A DNA stretch of 43,645 nucleotides from a virus (taxonomy: Duplodnaviria; Caudoviricetes), in IMG/VR virus record IMGVR_UViG_3300036797_000080, positions 1 through 43,645 of that record. One strand, given 5' to 3'. This document shows, in pieces, positions 1 through 8,531 of the stretch. The notes under the pieces were generated by a model. It was given only the letters and a program-made list of their open reading frames with translations, was not told where the DNA came from and ran no database searches. The number at the start of each line of letters is the position of its first letter. The first letter of the stretch is position 1. Position numbers and translations under genes: made by a program.

Positions 1-127
1 GCTTCCAGCCTGCGCGTTTGGCGCCGAGCATTTCAGAACCGGAACCGGAGAAGGGAATTAGTATCCGGGCATTCGGGATCGCCGGCAGGATCAAACGCGC
101 GAGGTATTCGGTCAGCTTCAGCGGTTT
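1..127. repeat. 127-bp terminal direct repeat, left copy (assembly overlap indicating a circular/complete genome)
   Basis: 1..127 is identical to 43519..43645; joining the ends restores one continuous methyltransferase ORF. Confidence 0.95.
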
Positions 128-940
128 AACGCAGGGATGATCGTTCCTGGCCGTTACCTTGAATCTGTCTCTCTGTTTGCCTTCGTCGTCAGTGGAAAAC
201 TTGCCGCCGCAGCCGGATTGAAACGTCTTTAATTCGCCGCTCAGGCCCGCGTCACGTTCCGCGCGGCTCGCTTTCGCGCAGTAGAAGAACCGCGATGCAC
301 CGCCGGAGTCGTCATGCGTCGAGCCGTTCACGACAGCAGAAGCGTTATACATGCAGCCCTTGTTCGAGTGAGCGGGCGCAGGCCTGCTCCGCGTCGTTCC
401 GCTCATTTCATCGAGCGCCGCCCCGCTGGTTTCGTCGAGCAGCACGTTCGCGGGCCAGCGGCCCAGACCGTGAGAGTTATCGACCCACGGCGTCGTGTTC
501 CGCTTGTTGAACGTACTCGTGCTGTGATTCAACCTGCCCAGCGCTGCGGATGTCTTGATCCGGCAGCCGTCGATATTCAGAACCGGCGCGGGCGCGCGTT
601 TCCGCGCCAGAATGATCGGCTCCCAGGCCGGCTTGAGGCTTCCTTTGCCTTTGGGGAATCCCTGCCCGTAGAGCCACATCAGACAATCGCGGATCTCGAA
701 ACCGGCGTCCTCGATGGCGCACGCCAGCCGGTGATGCGTCCGCGTGCCCCCGAAGGCCATAAGGAACGAACCCGGCTTCAGGACGCGCAGAACTTCCGCC
801 CATGTCTCGGCTGCCGGCACGCCGTGATCCCACTGAGCGCCCATGAATTTAAGACCGTAAGGCGGATCCGTCAGACAACCATCGAAGGTGTTAGCCTTCA
901 GCTTTTTGAGAACCGTCAGCGCGTCGCCGGTGTGAATCAT
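1..940 (-). CDS. DNA N6-adenine/N4-cytosine methyltransferase (beta class), N-terminal part; continues across the contig junction to 43454 (334 aa total)
   Basis: Absent from the ORF track; my translation from ATG 940 gives MIHTGDALTVLKKLKANTFDGCLTDPPYG (DPPY catalytic motif)...GQGFPK...KPAWEPIILARK...HPCVKP...IPFSGSGS (SAM motif). ATGA overlap with the upstream gene. Confidence 0.92.
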   Translation of the reverse strand, partial: MIHTGDALTVLKKLKANTFDGCLTDPPYGLKFMGAQWDHGVPAAETWAEVLRVLKPGSFLMAFGGTRTHHRLACAIEDAGFEIRDCLMWLYGQGFPKGKGSLKPAWEPIILARKRAPAPVLNIDGCRIKTSAALGRLNHSTSTFNKRNTTPWVDNSHGLGRWPANVLLDETSGAALDEMSGTTRSRPAPAHSNKGCMYNASAVVNGSTHDDSGGASRFFYCAKASRAERDAGLSGELKTFQSGCGGKFSTDDEGKQRDRFKVTARNDHPCVKPLKLTEYLARLILPAIPNARILIPFSGSGSEMLGAKRAGWK

Positions 941-1152
941 TCCGCGCCTTTCTCAACTGCGCCCGCCGCCAGTTCCGGCGCCAGCTCGTCCGCGGTGTCG
1001 CCGTTGTGCCAGGATTCAGCGACCAGTTTCAAAAGCTTTGCTTCCGACACGGTGATCGGGGCATTGAGGAGCTGCTTGCGGCGGATCAGATTCATAATTT
1101 CTTCAACTGTTGTGGCGAGCATCGGGCGGGCTATTTGTTCTTCCGGAACCAT
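937..1152 (-). CDS. hypothetical protein (71 aa)
   Basis: Stop is coupled by ATGA to the methyltransferase start. Confidence 0.6.
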   Translation of the reverse strand: MVPEEQIARPMLATTVEEIMNLIRRKQLLNAPITVSEAKLLKLVAESWHNGDTADELAPELAAGAVEKGAE

Positions 1153-1225
1153 CTGCAGACCGCGTCGGCGCCAATAAGCGCGCCTGTAGCGAACCAGGTC
1201 AGCGCGGCCACGACGTCAGCGACCG

Positions 1226-1666
1226 TCAGGCGGCCTTCTTTTCCGCGCGGGCAAAGATCTTGATCGTCCGGTAGCCGGAAAGCTCCTGGCTGGTCACGAG
1301 CGCGAGGGTTTCCGGGCCGCAGTGCTCTTTGATCGCGTCGAGCGTGGTGGTGGCGATTTTCCGCATCATGGCGATGCCGGCGCGCTTCCACAATTGCGGA
1401 TAGTCGATCAGAGTCTTCTTCCCTTTGGGTCCGACCAGAGCCGTGTAATCCTGGCCGAGGGCTTCATAGACTTCGGCTGCCGGCGAGGATTCATAGAGGG
1501 CTCTGAGCTGCTTACGGAGATCTTCGGCTTCTTTGATCTTCGGGAGCCATGGAGCGGTGTCTCGTTCGAGCGGGCCCAACCGGTCAACGATCTGCGAAAT
1601 CTGGGTGAGGCGCTGACGGTCTTCGGCCGAAGGCGGCCGGACTGGTTTTGAGGTTTGGGGAATCAC
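1226..1666 (-). CDS. hypothetical phage protein (146 aa, helical N-terminus)
   Basis: Protein-like ORF in operon orientation. Confidence 0.7.
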   Translation of the reverse strand: MIPQTSKPVRPPSAEDRQRLTQISQIVDRLGPLERDTAPWLPKIKEAEDLRKQLRALYESSPAAEVYEALGQDYTALVGPKGKKTLIDYPQLWKRAGIAMMRKIATTTLDAIKEHCGPETLALVTSQELSGYRTIKIFARAEKKAA

Positions 1667-1742
1667 GGGGAGGTCTGTACTCTCTTAGTCGGCAGAGACG
1701 AGAGAAAAGTGCTCACGAGTCTTTTTGTTTTCCCTGCGGCGG

Positions 1743-1844
1743 CTGGCAGCCGCCAGCCTTGCTCCAGAGTTTTTCCGAAGATGGCTAGATTGAGATGAAC
1801 CTCTGACCCCAAGCGATCTCTGGCCCAAGCCTGGCGGCTGCCAG
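1743..1844. other. long imperfect inverted repeat / structured intergenic element
   Basis: CTGGCAGCCGCCAGCCTTG (1743) pairs with CAAGCCTGGCGGCTGCCAG (ending 1844), with an inner CCAGAG/CTCTGG pair. Confidence 0.55.
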
Positions 1845-1867
1845 GCGCGGAGCAAACAAAAATAAAC

Positions 1868-2443
1868 TCACGCCCCGAGCAGCATCCGCAGCCGGTCGAG
1901 CGCGTCGTCGCGATCGCGCCGAACTGTAGCGAAGGAACAGTTGAGCTCCTTCGCAACCGCGCGGAGCGAAGGTTCGGCCGGCCCGAAGTAGAGCTCAATC
2001 AGGTGTTTCTGCCGTTCGGGCAGGCAGTCGATCGCAAGCGCCACCGCTCGGGAGCGTTTTTCGACATCGATCGTCGATTCAAAATCAGGGATTGATGCGG
2101 GTTCGTTTTCGGGATCGAGCGGCGCGCGCGTGTGTTCCGAATAGCATTTCCGCCGGACTGACTCAACGATGGCGCCGTGGACTATCGGCCACGCAAAAGC
2201 CCGGAATGGTGTCTCTCCGTGCTCACTCGGACGGTACCGGGTCGCGGCCCGCAGCAGCCAGAACCGCCCGGTTCCGATGAGGTCCGCCAGTTCGAACGAC
2301 GGGGGAAGGCCTTTGTGAACCTTGCGCGCGATCCTGTCAACCATGCGCAGATTACGCGCGACAAGGGCGTCGCGGCGGGCGAAGACTCTCGCCTGGTGAC
2401 TGCCGGAATCGATCGGGACGACAGGCGCGCGTCGGGATGGCAC
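1868..2443 (-). CDS. sigma-70 family RNA polymerase sigma factor (FliA/WhiG-like regions 2 and 4)
   Basis: LVARNLRMVDRIARKVHKGLPPSFELADLIGTG..LLRAATRY..FRAFAWPIVHGAIVESVRR (region 2); AIDCLPERQKHLIELYF..SLRAVAKELNCS (region 4 HTH). Start uncertain (GTG 2443 or up to 2503). Confidence 0.9.
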   Translation of the reverse strand: MPSRRAPVVPIDSGSHQARVFARRDALVARNLRMVDRIARKVHKGLPPSFELADLIGTGRFWLLRAATRYRPSEHGETPFRAFAWPIVHGAIVESVRRKCYSEHTRAPLDPENEPASIPDFESTIDVEKRSRAVALAIDCLPERQKHLIELYFGPAEPSLRAVAKELNCSFATVRRDRDDALDRLRMLLGA

Positions 2444-2534
2444 GGAGTCTATTATGAATGAAATGTACGAAATAGTACATATCTCACAACATAAAGATTT
2501 CACGCCACTTATCTGAATGTAATGGTTTGGTTAT

Positions 2535-2563
2535 GGGACTAAAGGGGGACAAACGCGGGACAA
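2535..2563 (+). repeat. three GGGAC direct repeats at 11-bp period in AT-rich divergent intergenic region
   Basis: GGGAC at 2535, 2546, 2557; nearby palindrome ATGTAC-N6-GTACAT at 2463-2480. Confidence 0.5.
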
Positions 2564-2729
2564 CCGAAGGCCCTTTGAGCGACGGCTGCTGAAGACCGGT
2601 GCAATGCGCTCGACAGCGCAACAGGGCGGCTTCCGGTGCGGACCCGCCGCCGCTAATTCAACAGGATTTTGAACCGGGCCGGTGGAGAAAAGCCGGAATA
2701 AAAACCTACGCCCGTTTTGGAATCACCAC

Positions 2730-3092
2730 ATGCTTGGGGTTGAAGTGACGATTCTGGTGGTCGACGATCATGCGGTCGTTCTGGGATTTCTGCGAACGCT
2801 GCTCGAGCGTGCGGGCTTCACGGTCCTTGCGGCCTCCTCGGCCGACGAGGCGATGGAGTTCGAGCGGCAGGGCTTGCCGATCGATCTGCTGCTCTCTGAC
2901 GTCGTGATGCAGGGTACGACCGGGTGGGTGCTCGCGGCCGCGCTGACGGTGCTGCGCCCCGCGCTTCCCGTCATTCTGATTTCAGGCCACCCGGCCGAGA
3001 TCGATCACCGGAGGCACTGGCGGTTTGTGGAGAAACCGTTTACCCCGGGCGTGATTCTTCTCGCGATTCAGGAAATGCTGAATCAGGCCTGA
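2730..3092 (+). CDS. stand-alone response-regulator receiver (CheY-like) protein
   Basis: ILVVDDH, LLLSDVVM (phospho-Asp), ILISG and VEKPF motifs are intact; start uncertain (2682/2730/2746). Confidence 0.9.
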   Translation: MLGVEVTILVVDDHAVVLGFLRTLLERAGFTVLAASSADEAMEFERQGLPIDLLLSDVVMQGTTGWVLAAALTVLRPALPVILISGHPAEIDHRRHWRFVEKPFTPGVILLAIQEMLNQA

Positions 3093-3376
3093 TCGGGCGG
3101 CTGCGGGTCATCATCGTGAAATACGTGGCAGTGGCCGCAGTAGTGGTTCCGGACATCATCGGGATGACGGCTGGTCAGCCGGCAAGTGACACACGTGATC
3201 GAATCTCCCCACGGAGAGATCCAATAGCGAATATCGGCATCGAGAAGGATTTCGGCCCCGAGTTTGCCAATCTCCTCGGCGGGACCCGGAAAGTAGACCG
3301 CGAAGGCCTTCGACCATGCCACGGCGAGTTTTGCAAGATGGAGCGTATCGTTGCGCGTGGCCTCTCGCGGTTTCAA
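3083..3376 (-). CDS. hypothetical protein with C-terminal Cys/His zinc-finger (CVTC...YCGHCH)
   Basis: TTG start overlapping the upstream stop (TTGA); CxxC pairs. Confidence 0.65.
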   Translation of the reverse strand: MKPREATRNDTLHLAKLAVAWSKAFAVYFPGPAEEIGKLGAEILLDADIRYWISPWGDSITCVTCRLTSRHPDDVRNHYCGHCHVFHDDDPQPPDQA

Positions 3377-3726
3377 AACAGACTCCCCTGCGCCAGCCGC
3401 AGCACCCGGCGCGGGATCTCCCAGGCCGGAAACGCCGCCCATTCCAATTCCGGTAAAAGCCAGAGCTGTCCCGCCCCTTTCGCCCGCGTGCGGCGCGCTA
3501 CGGCGAAGGAATGCCGCGCGTCGTTTTTCGAATGGCACGAGATGCAGAGGATACGGACCAGCTCCATATCCCGCGGATCGTGCGTGACGTGCGCCGCGGC
3601 GAGCTGATGCGACGGCAGTTGAGCGCCGCAAAGGGCGCAGCGGTGGCGCGCGATCGCAAGCAGTACCCGCCGGTAGTGCCGCCAGTCGGCGCCGTAGAAC
3701 TGGCGGTGCTCAGGACGGATCGGCAT
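3373..3726 (-). CDS. HNH-like endonuclease / zinc-binding protein
   Basis: MPIRPE..Y..DW..RCALCG..AAAHVTHDP..LCISCH. Confidence 0.75.
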   Translation of the reverse strand: MPIRPEHRQFYGADWRHYRRVLLAIARHRCALCGAQLPSHQLAAAHVTHDPRDMELVRILCISCHSKNDARHSFAVARRTRAKGAGQLWLLPELEWAAFPAWEIPRRVLRLAQGSLF

Positions 3727-4060
3727 TTGACTCCGGCGGCATCACCCAGTCTTTCGGATCGGCCGGGCCGCCGCGCTTGCCGGTGTGAGCGGTGCGGAAG
3801 CGGCGGAAGTCCATCAGCACTTGCATGGCGCGATCCCGGTCGAGCCCGATCTTGTCCTTGTCCTGAAGAAAATCGAGCATGAACGCGTCCTGTTCGGCGG
3901 CTTCAGCAGCTTCCGTGATTGCGCGCGCATGATCGCGGGCTTGCTCCAGGTCCATCTGCGTTATAACTTTCGTCCCCAGGATTAACTGCACGAATGGTTC
4001 TCCCTGCCGGTTCACGCCGGACTGATGCCACAGAATATCGTCCGGAAGTTTTTCGCTCAC
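3710..4060 (-). CDS. hypothetical protein
   Basis: GTG start coupled (GTGA) to the upstream stop; MSEKLPDDILWHQSGV... Confidence 0.7.
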   Translation of the reverse strand: MSEKLPDDILWHQSGVNRQGEPFVQLILGTKVITQMDLEQARDHARAITEAAEAAEQDAFMLDFLQDKDKIGLDRDRAMQVLMDFRRFRTAHTGKRGGPADPKDWVMPPESNADPS

Positions 4061-4638
4061 AGCGGGTCGATCCCTTCGTTGGTTTCCGTTGGTTCCGCCA
4101 ATTCCGCCAGCAGGTTTGCGGGACTGGCGTTTCTGCCGAACGCGAACGCTTTCAGATCCGCGGTCCGGATCCACCAGACAGTCTCGTAGCGGTAGCGTGA
4201 TTCTTCGATATAGCTGCGCTGCCGAAACCGTTCCGCCGGGAGCTGGCCCCGCCGGATGAACCGCGCGAGCATTCCCCTCGGCATTCTCGTATAGTCCGCT
4301 GCCTGATCGAGCGTCATATAGAGAACGGGCTCGGCCGACCTCAGCGAGGTCAGGGCTTCGGCCAGCCGGGCGATCGCCTGCGACATCTGATCGGGCACCG
4401 CGGGCAGGCCGGTGGCTTCATTTGATGGCGGGAGCACGATCGATTTCCGCAGTTCTCCCGCGATACGCTCGACGTCATCTTCGCGGATCCGCGGCTCCGG
4501 CCGGCGCCCCGGGATCTGGTGGTTCTCGAAGCCGAGCCGGCCCTGCTGCATCATTCGTTCCACGCTTCGGAGACTGGTCCGGAGCCTTTCGGCCGCCTGG
4601 TCCTTGGTAAGTCCGGGGGCTTGTCCGTTTGCTTCCAT
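4057..4638 (-). CDS. excisionase-like DNA-binding protein with two HTH_17-type domains
   Basis: LTKDQAAERLRTSLRSVERMMQQGRL and MTLDQAADYTRMPRGMLARFIRRGQLPA. Confidence 0.8.
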   Translation of the reverse strand: MEANGQAPGLTKDQAAERLRTSLRSVERMMQQGRLGFENHQIPGRRPEPRIREDDVERIAGELRKSIVLPPSNEATGLPAVPDQMSQAIARLAEALTSLRSAEPVLYMTLDQAADYTRMPRGMLARFIRRGQLPAERFRQRSYIEESRYRYETVWWIRTADLKAFAFGRNASPANLLAELAEPTETNEGIDPL

Positions 4639-4762
4639 GGGGCTCGTTTCGCGGGCGTTTGCAGTGCGCGCAGATCTCCGGATTACCGCTCCAAACCCCG
4701 CAATACAGGCACTCGAAGAGATCGAGCGGGAAGGTAATGATGCGTTCCGCCAGTTTCGCCAC
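4475..4762 (-). CDS. possible small zinc-ribbon protein (overlaps the HTH gene)
   Basis: CLYCG..CAHCK; TAATCT just upstream of the GTG; the long 3' overlap lowers confidence. Confidence 0.35.
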   Translation of the reverse strand: MAKLAERIITFPLDLFECLYCGVWSGNPEICAHCKRPRNEPHGSKRTSPRTYQGPGGRKAPDQSPKRGTNDAAGPARLREPPDPGAPAGAADPRR

Positions 4763-4831
4763 GTTGGCGAGATTATCCGAAGTCGGGCCGTCGCCGCAAC
4801 CCGGGATGGTGGAATTCGATACCGAAGCGGT

Positions 4832-4954
4832 TTACCCGAACTGATCGATAAACACCCAGAACGCCACAATGCCGGCAACCACGATAAGGGCGGCCGGCCA
4901 CATCCACCAGGTTCTCGAATTCCGCTGAAGTTTCCAGGGCAAACCGCTACTCAC
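4832..4954 (-). CDS. small membrane protein (40 aa)
   Basis: MSSGLPWKLQRNSRTWWMWPAALIVVAGIVAFWVFIDQFG; GAGGA SD. Confidence 0.5.
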   Translation of the reverse strand: MSSGLPWKLQRNSRTWWMWPAALIVVAGIVAFWVFIDQFG

Positions 4955-5078
4955 GTTCCTCATCTTTTCGGTTCTCCACATCCCCGATATCCAGCATGAC
5001 TCCGGCACAGAAGATGGCAGCCACGGTTAAAACAGCCACTACGAGGACACAGGCTATGGACAGTGCAACGGTCTTCAT
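4947..5078 (-). CDS. small membrane protein (43 aa)
   Basis: MKTVALSIACVLVVAVLTVAAIFCAGVMLD...; one hydrophobic helix. Confidence 0.5.
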   Translation of the reverse strand: MKTVALSIACVLVVAVLTVAAIFCAGVMLDIGDVENRKDEERE

Positions 5079-5133
5079 TGTGATTTGCCTTGCAGCGAAA
5101 CGGCAGCCGCCGTTTCTCGCGCCAGAGATTTGC

Positions 5134-5370
5134 TCATTTACCCTCCGCTTTGGCGATGGCGGCGCGCAGCTCATCTTCGAGAATGCGCGGAAAGGGAACC
5201 CGATACCCGCGCCTGGTAGATTTCGAGCGCAAATTCGCCGCCGCCCGTGTGTGTTCGTCCTGGAATTTGCGCCAACCTTCGCAATGCCCCACCGCACTCT
5301 TCAGCGCCGCGAGCAGGTCCGGCGCGGCGGCGATCAGGCGCGCTTTGCGAAATGGGTCAGGCTTCATCAT
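5134..5370 (-). CDS. phage protein with ARLIAAAPDLL motif
   Basis: ARLIAAAPDLLAALK is a recurrent motif of small early phage proteins. Confidence 0.75.
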   Translation of the reverse strand: MMKPDPFRKARLIAAAPDLLAALKSAVGHCEGWRKFQDEHTRAAANLRSKSTRRGYRVPFPRILEDELRAAIAKAEGK

Positions 5371-5524
5371 GCTCTTTCACCTTGCAGGTTCTGGTGTGGG
5401 GCGTGCCCGGCATAGCCCCGCAGTACCAGCACGAGCGCCGTTTCTGCTGCCGCTGTGCGATCGACCGGCACCAGAGATACCAGAGACCGCCTGCGAGGGC
5501 AGGGAGGGCGTAATACCACTTCAC
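5357..5524 (-). CDS. small membrane-anchored zinc-finger protein (55 aa)
   Basis: MKWYYALPALAGGLWYLWCR...CWYCGAMPGTPHTRTC; GTGA coupling. Confidence 0.55.
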   Translation of the reverse strand: MKWYYALPALAGGLWYLWCRSIAQRQQKRRSCWYCGAMPGTPHTRTCKVKEHDEA

Positions 5525-5802
5525 GGCTTCAATGCCTTCAATGCCTCTGTGAGCCCCAGGTGAGCGATTTCCAAATAACCCAGCACTGTGATGTTTCTCT
5601 TCCGTCGGACACCCAGGAAGGGATTGAACCCTCCCTCCATCAGGTTCGTGACAATTGCGAGGGCTCGGTCGAAGTCGGCGAGGGCCTGGTCGAGATCGCG
5701 TTTAATGTCGGGAATGTCGCGCCGATCGGCCGCCCTTAGCTCCTTCACCAGCTCATTGAGGGCCGGCGAGTTGGTTTCGTCCTCGAACTCAAACTGGCTC
5801 AT
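5521..5802 (-). CDS. hypothetical protein (93 aa)
   Basis: ATG 5802 overlaps the upstream TAA; MSQFEFEDETN... Confidence 0.65.
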   Translation of the reverse strand: MSQFEFEDETNSPALNELVKELRAADRRDIPDIKRDLDQALADFDRALAIVTNLMEGGFNPFLGVRRKRNITVLGYLEIAHLGLTEALKALKP

Positions 5803-6131
5803 TATTTTTTTGTTTCCCCTGCGGCGTCGGCCAGCCGGCCGACTTGCTCCAGAGATCGGCTCGGGGCGGTTATGCCTGCCCGTTCCAGCAGATATTCCGT
5901 CGTTTGCTTCTGCCAGTCCGAGAGAGCCACTGAGCATTTGTGAATCAGGTCGACCAGAGATCGCGCGTGAAACATGACCTCGATCCGCTGCCCCGGCTCG
6001 GATTGCGAATTGAGCACCAGGCGGAAGCAGTGAAACTCCGAAGCATCGGTGATTTCCACCTGAATGTTTGGATTGTGATCCTGCTGGGGCGTCACAGTGT
6101 GGCTCCTTTCGTAGTCGATTGCGTTGCTCAT
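5802..6131 (-). CDS. hypothetical protein (109 aa)
   Basis: AAGGAAGG SD, ATGA coupling; MSNAIDYERSH... Confidence 0.7.
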   Translation of the reverse strand: MSNAIDYERSHTVTPQQDHNPNIQVEITDASEFHCFRLVLNSQSEPGQRIEVMFHARSLVDLIHKCSVALSDWQKQTTEYLLERAGITAPSRSLEQVGRLADAAGETKK

Positions 6132-6337
6132 AGCGCCTTCCTTGCCGGTTCCGCTCCGGCCATCTCCGGCGGTTTGCGTTCGGGTTTCGGCCGGAGGATT
6201 CCCGGCTTGTACATGCCGCTCCCGGTTCGTTTTGGTTTCGCAGCCCGATATGAGGCCCGGTACAGGCGCAAAGCTTCCCGGCATTCGGCGCACCGGCAAT
6301 GGTGGTTCGTGTAGGTTGCAACGGTTCCGTGGGTCAT
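6128..6337 (-). CDS. small zinc-finger protein (HG..Y..CRC..C)
   Basis: MTHGTVATYTNHHCRCAECREA; ATGA coupling at both ends. Confidence 0.7.
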   Translation of the reverse strand: MTHGTVATYTNHHCRCAECREALRLYRASYRAAKPKRTGSGMYKPGILRPKPERKPPEMAGAEPARKAL

Positions 6338-6681
6338 TGGACGGTCTCGCTTTCGGGCTGGGCGGGACTCTGGCGCTCCTGACGCGGTTTCGGAGGACTC
6401 GCTGTATGGGTGACACGCTCCCAGGACTGCAGACACGTTTCGAAGTACGACTCGATGGTCCGCATCAAATCTTCGGCCGAGCGCGCCTTCCACTGGGCCG
6501 TGTGGCGGGAGCTGGGCCGGCAGAGCCAGAGTTCCGGCGACACCCGCGCCTGGTAGATTTCAAGCACAAATTCGCCGCCGAGCACTTGCTCGATCCCGAA
6601 GACGTGAATGCGGAGGTTTGTGAACCGGGCTTTGTACGTGTCCAGGTTTTTGAATTTGCCTTTCCTGGTCGGGATCACCAT
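6334..6681 (-). CDS. hypothetical protein (115 aa)
   Basis: GGAGG SD; immediately downstream of the replication gene. Confidence 0.7.
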   Translation of the reverse strand: MVIPTRKGKFKNLDTYKARFTNLRIHVFGIEQVLGGEFVLEIYQARVSPELWLCRPSSRHTAQWKARSAEDLMRTIESYFETCLQSWERVTHTASPPKPRQERQSPAQPESETVQ

Positions 6682-7787
6682 AGCCTCCGTCCTGCGGTCA
6701 TGACTTTCTGGATCGTCTGATCGGCGTAGCAGGGGTCCGGCGCTTCGCCGCCTTCATGGGAAGGTTTTGGTTTTTGGGTTTGCCTGTGGTTCCGTTTCTC
6801 TGTGGACAGTGCTGCCTTCAAGACGGTTTTCGGTATTCCGCACAGCCGGTGCGCCAGTGTGGTGACAAACCAGCCGTAGGTTTGAATGCCGCGTTTGTCG
6901 GCTTTACCCAAGGTGCGGAGGTCAGCGATCAGGACGCCAAGCGAAGCGAGGCGTAGGCATCTTGCAAGAATTTCGTCGTCTGGTGGTTGATCGTCCCATT
7001 CACGGGGATCGTGGAACTGCTGCATGTACTGGTCGAGCGCGTTGCGGAGTTTGTCGGCATCCTCGCGCTGGTGCTTTTCCACAACGTGGGTGGCTGCGAT
7101 TTCGGCTGCAAGCTCTTCGATTCGACCGAGTACAGATAAACCCTCTATCGAAGAAGAACGAACTAACACTTTCGAATTCGAGGGGATTTGAGCCTGGTTT
7201 CCAGGCAACAAGGCGTTTTGCGCAACCACAAGAGACGCTAAAGGGCTGATTCCCTGTTGTTTAGCGCCTGTGGAAAATGGGGCAGCCTGGTTTCCAGGCA
7301 AAGAATTGCCTGGTTTCTCCGCAGATTTCTGGCGACGAACCAGGCAATCCGCGAAGCGTTCACCGTTTCTTCGCCGTTTCTGCCTGGTTTGTCTTGCCTG
7401 GTTTCCAGGCTTGTGGTCATGTCTTACCCTCTTGTGGTCGTCAATTTCCACAGGATCGGAAAGTGGAGAAAACGAAAGCTGTGCGCTTGGGGGGTCCGGC
7501 AGTCGGAGCGTTTCATTACAAGGGAACGCGAACCAGTCCTCAGGTAATAGCCAGTTTGCACCGTCCGGAGAGATGTGAAGCAAAGGGGCCAGGTTGCGCG
7601 AGGCCACGCGGATCGAGTCGCGCGAGGTGCCGAACTCATCAGCCAGTCCGCTCTGTGTCGTTGCTATTCGGTTCGTCTCTTCGCGCTGGCATTTAGCAAC
7701 TGCTTTGACCAGCACCAGAAGCGCGCACGGCGGAAAACGGCTCTCGTGGCAGTCCGCCCACTGAATGAAGTTCTCAGCGGGGCTCAT
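6675..7787 (-). CDS. putative replication initiator (N-terminal winged HTH, iteron-containing linker)
   Basis: TTQSGLADEFGTSRDSIRVASRNL HTH; central low-complexity linker carrying repeated DNA palindromes, as in lambda O-type initiators. Confidence 0.7.
   Translation of the reverse strand: MSPAENFIQWADCHESRFPPCALLVLVKAVAKCQREETNRIATTQSGLADEFGTSRDSIRVASRNLAPLLHISPDGANWLLPEDWFAFPCNETLRLPDPPSAQLSFSPLSDPVEIDDHKRVRHDHKPGNQARQTRQKRRRNGERFADCLVRRQKSAEKPGNSLPGNQAAPFSTGAKQQGISPLASLVVAQNALLPGNQAQIPSNSKVLVRSSSIEGLSVLGRIEELAAEIAATHVVEKHQREDADKLRNALDQYMQQFHDPREWDDQPPDDEILARCLRLASLGVLIADLRTLGKADKRGIQTYGWFVTTLAHRLCGIPKTVLKAALSTEKRNHRQTQKPKPSHEGGEAPDPCYADQTIQKVMTAGRRLW
7192..7410. repeat. candidate replication origin: palindromic iterons GCCTGG-TTT-CCAGGC
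   Basis: Full copies at 7192-7206, 7285-7299 and 7396-7410; half sites at about 7308, 7338 (inverted) and 7382. Confidence 0.75.
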
Positions 7788-8113
7788 GGGCGAACATCCT
7801 CCGGACCGCGCTTGGTGCCAGCGTAAGGGTTGGGCGCGCGAGGGTAACGCCACGTTCCATCCGGAGTGCGCACGTCCTCCACAAGACCCTTGGCAGCGTG
7901 GAGGATTTCATCGAGTACGGCCACTCGAATGTTTAAGTCGAGCCACGCCTCATCGGACTTGTCGTCCCTAGCGGGCCTTTTCACCTCCCGCCGTACTCTC
8001 GCCGCAAGGTCCTTCGCGGTTCGATCTATTTCCTTGATCAACGCCTGTCTGTCGGCTCGAACTTCGGAGCGTTTCTTCGCTTTCGGTTTGCATGACAGTA
8101 TGTCGTCGTACAT
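7784..8113 (-). CDS. hypothetical basic protein (109 aa)
   Basis: GAGGAG SD; ATGA coupling to the initiator gene. Confidence 0.75.
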   Translation of the reverse strand: MYDDILSCKPKAKKRSEVRADRQALIKEIDRTAKDLAARVRREVKRPARDDKSDEAWLDLNIRVAVLDEILHAAKGLVEDVRTPDGTWRYPRAPNPYAGTKRGPEDVRP

Positions 8114-8218
8114 GTTTCTCCTCGTTGTGGCGAAACGTGGCAGGCCGTACGCACTAGGTCCAATTGGCTAAAGAAAGGTGCTTAGAACGAGCTTGGAAGG
8201 AGTAGAATAGAAGGCGAA

Positions 8219-8241
8219 GAGATATGTCTAAGACTTATCTC
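8219..8241. promoter_or_regulatory. 23-bp near-perfect palindrome (operator or recombinase core site candidate)
   Basis: GAGATATGTC-TAA-GACTTATCTC, one mismatch, in the intergenic region between the rep operon and the recombinase. Confidence 0.4.
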
Positions 8242-8531
8242 GTAGGTTTCTTTCCTGATTTCCGCTCGTTTGTGGTTCCATCGCTGAGACTAGGACCTGC
8301 CAAGATTCACAGACTCAGTGAGTGGAACTGAAAAGGCGGAAGGATGGGAGGTGACCTACCTCTCGGGGCAGGCGATAATTTTCCATTAGAACGACTGCGC
8401 ATTCTTAGCGGGTTACAGGCTGCCTGAATACATGCGGCCCAGTACTGGTTCGAAGCTTATCCTATTGCCGTTGTGAATATCAAGAGTGTAACATTGGGTT
8501 CGCCGTATTCGTTCAGGCGCGCGGGTCCAAA

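Noticed and set aside
1-127. Terminal repeat as a biological direct terminal repeat
   Set aside because: 127 bp matches a common assembler k-mer overlap and falls mid-gene; the HNH/terS/terL set points to cos packaging near 39300
314-1177. 287-aa plus-strand ORF and other long antisense ORFs (e.g. 27283-28518, 36940-37989, 24013-24846)
   Set aside because: Shadows of clear minus-strand genes in GC-rich DNA with no recognisable motifs
8114-8531. tRNA gene or tRNA-derived attP in the intergenic region
   Set aside because: A GGTTCGAA is present but no cloverleaf or acceptor stem could be built
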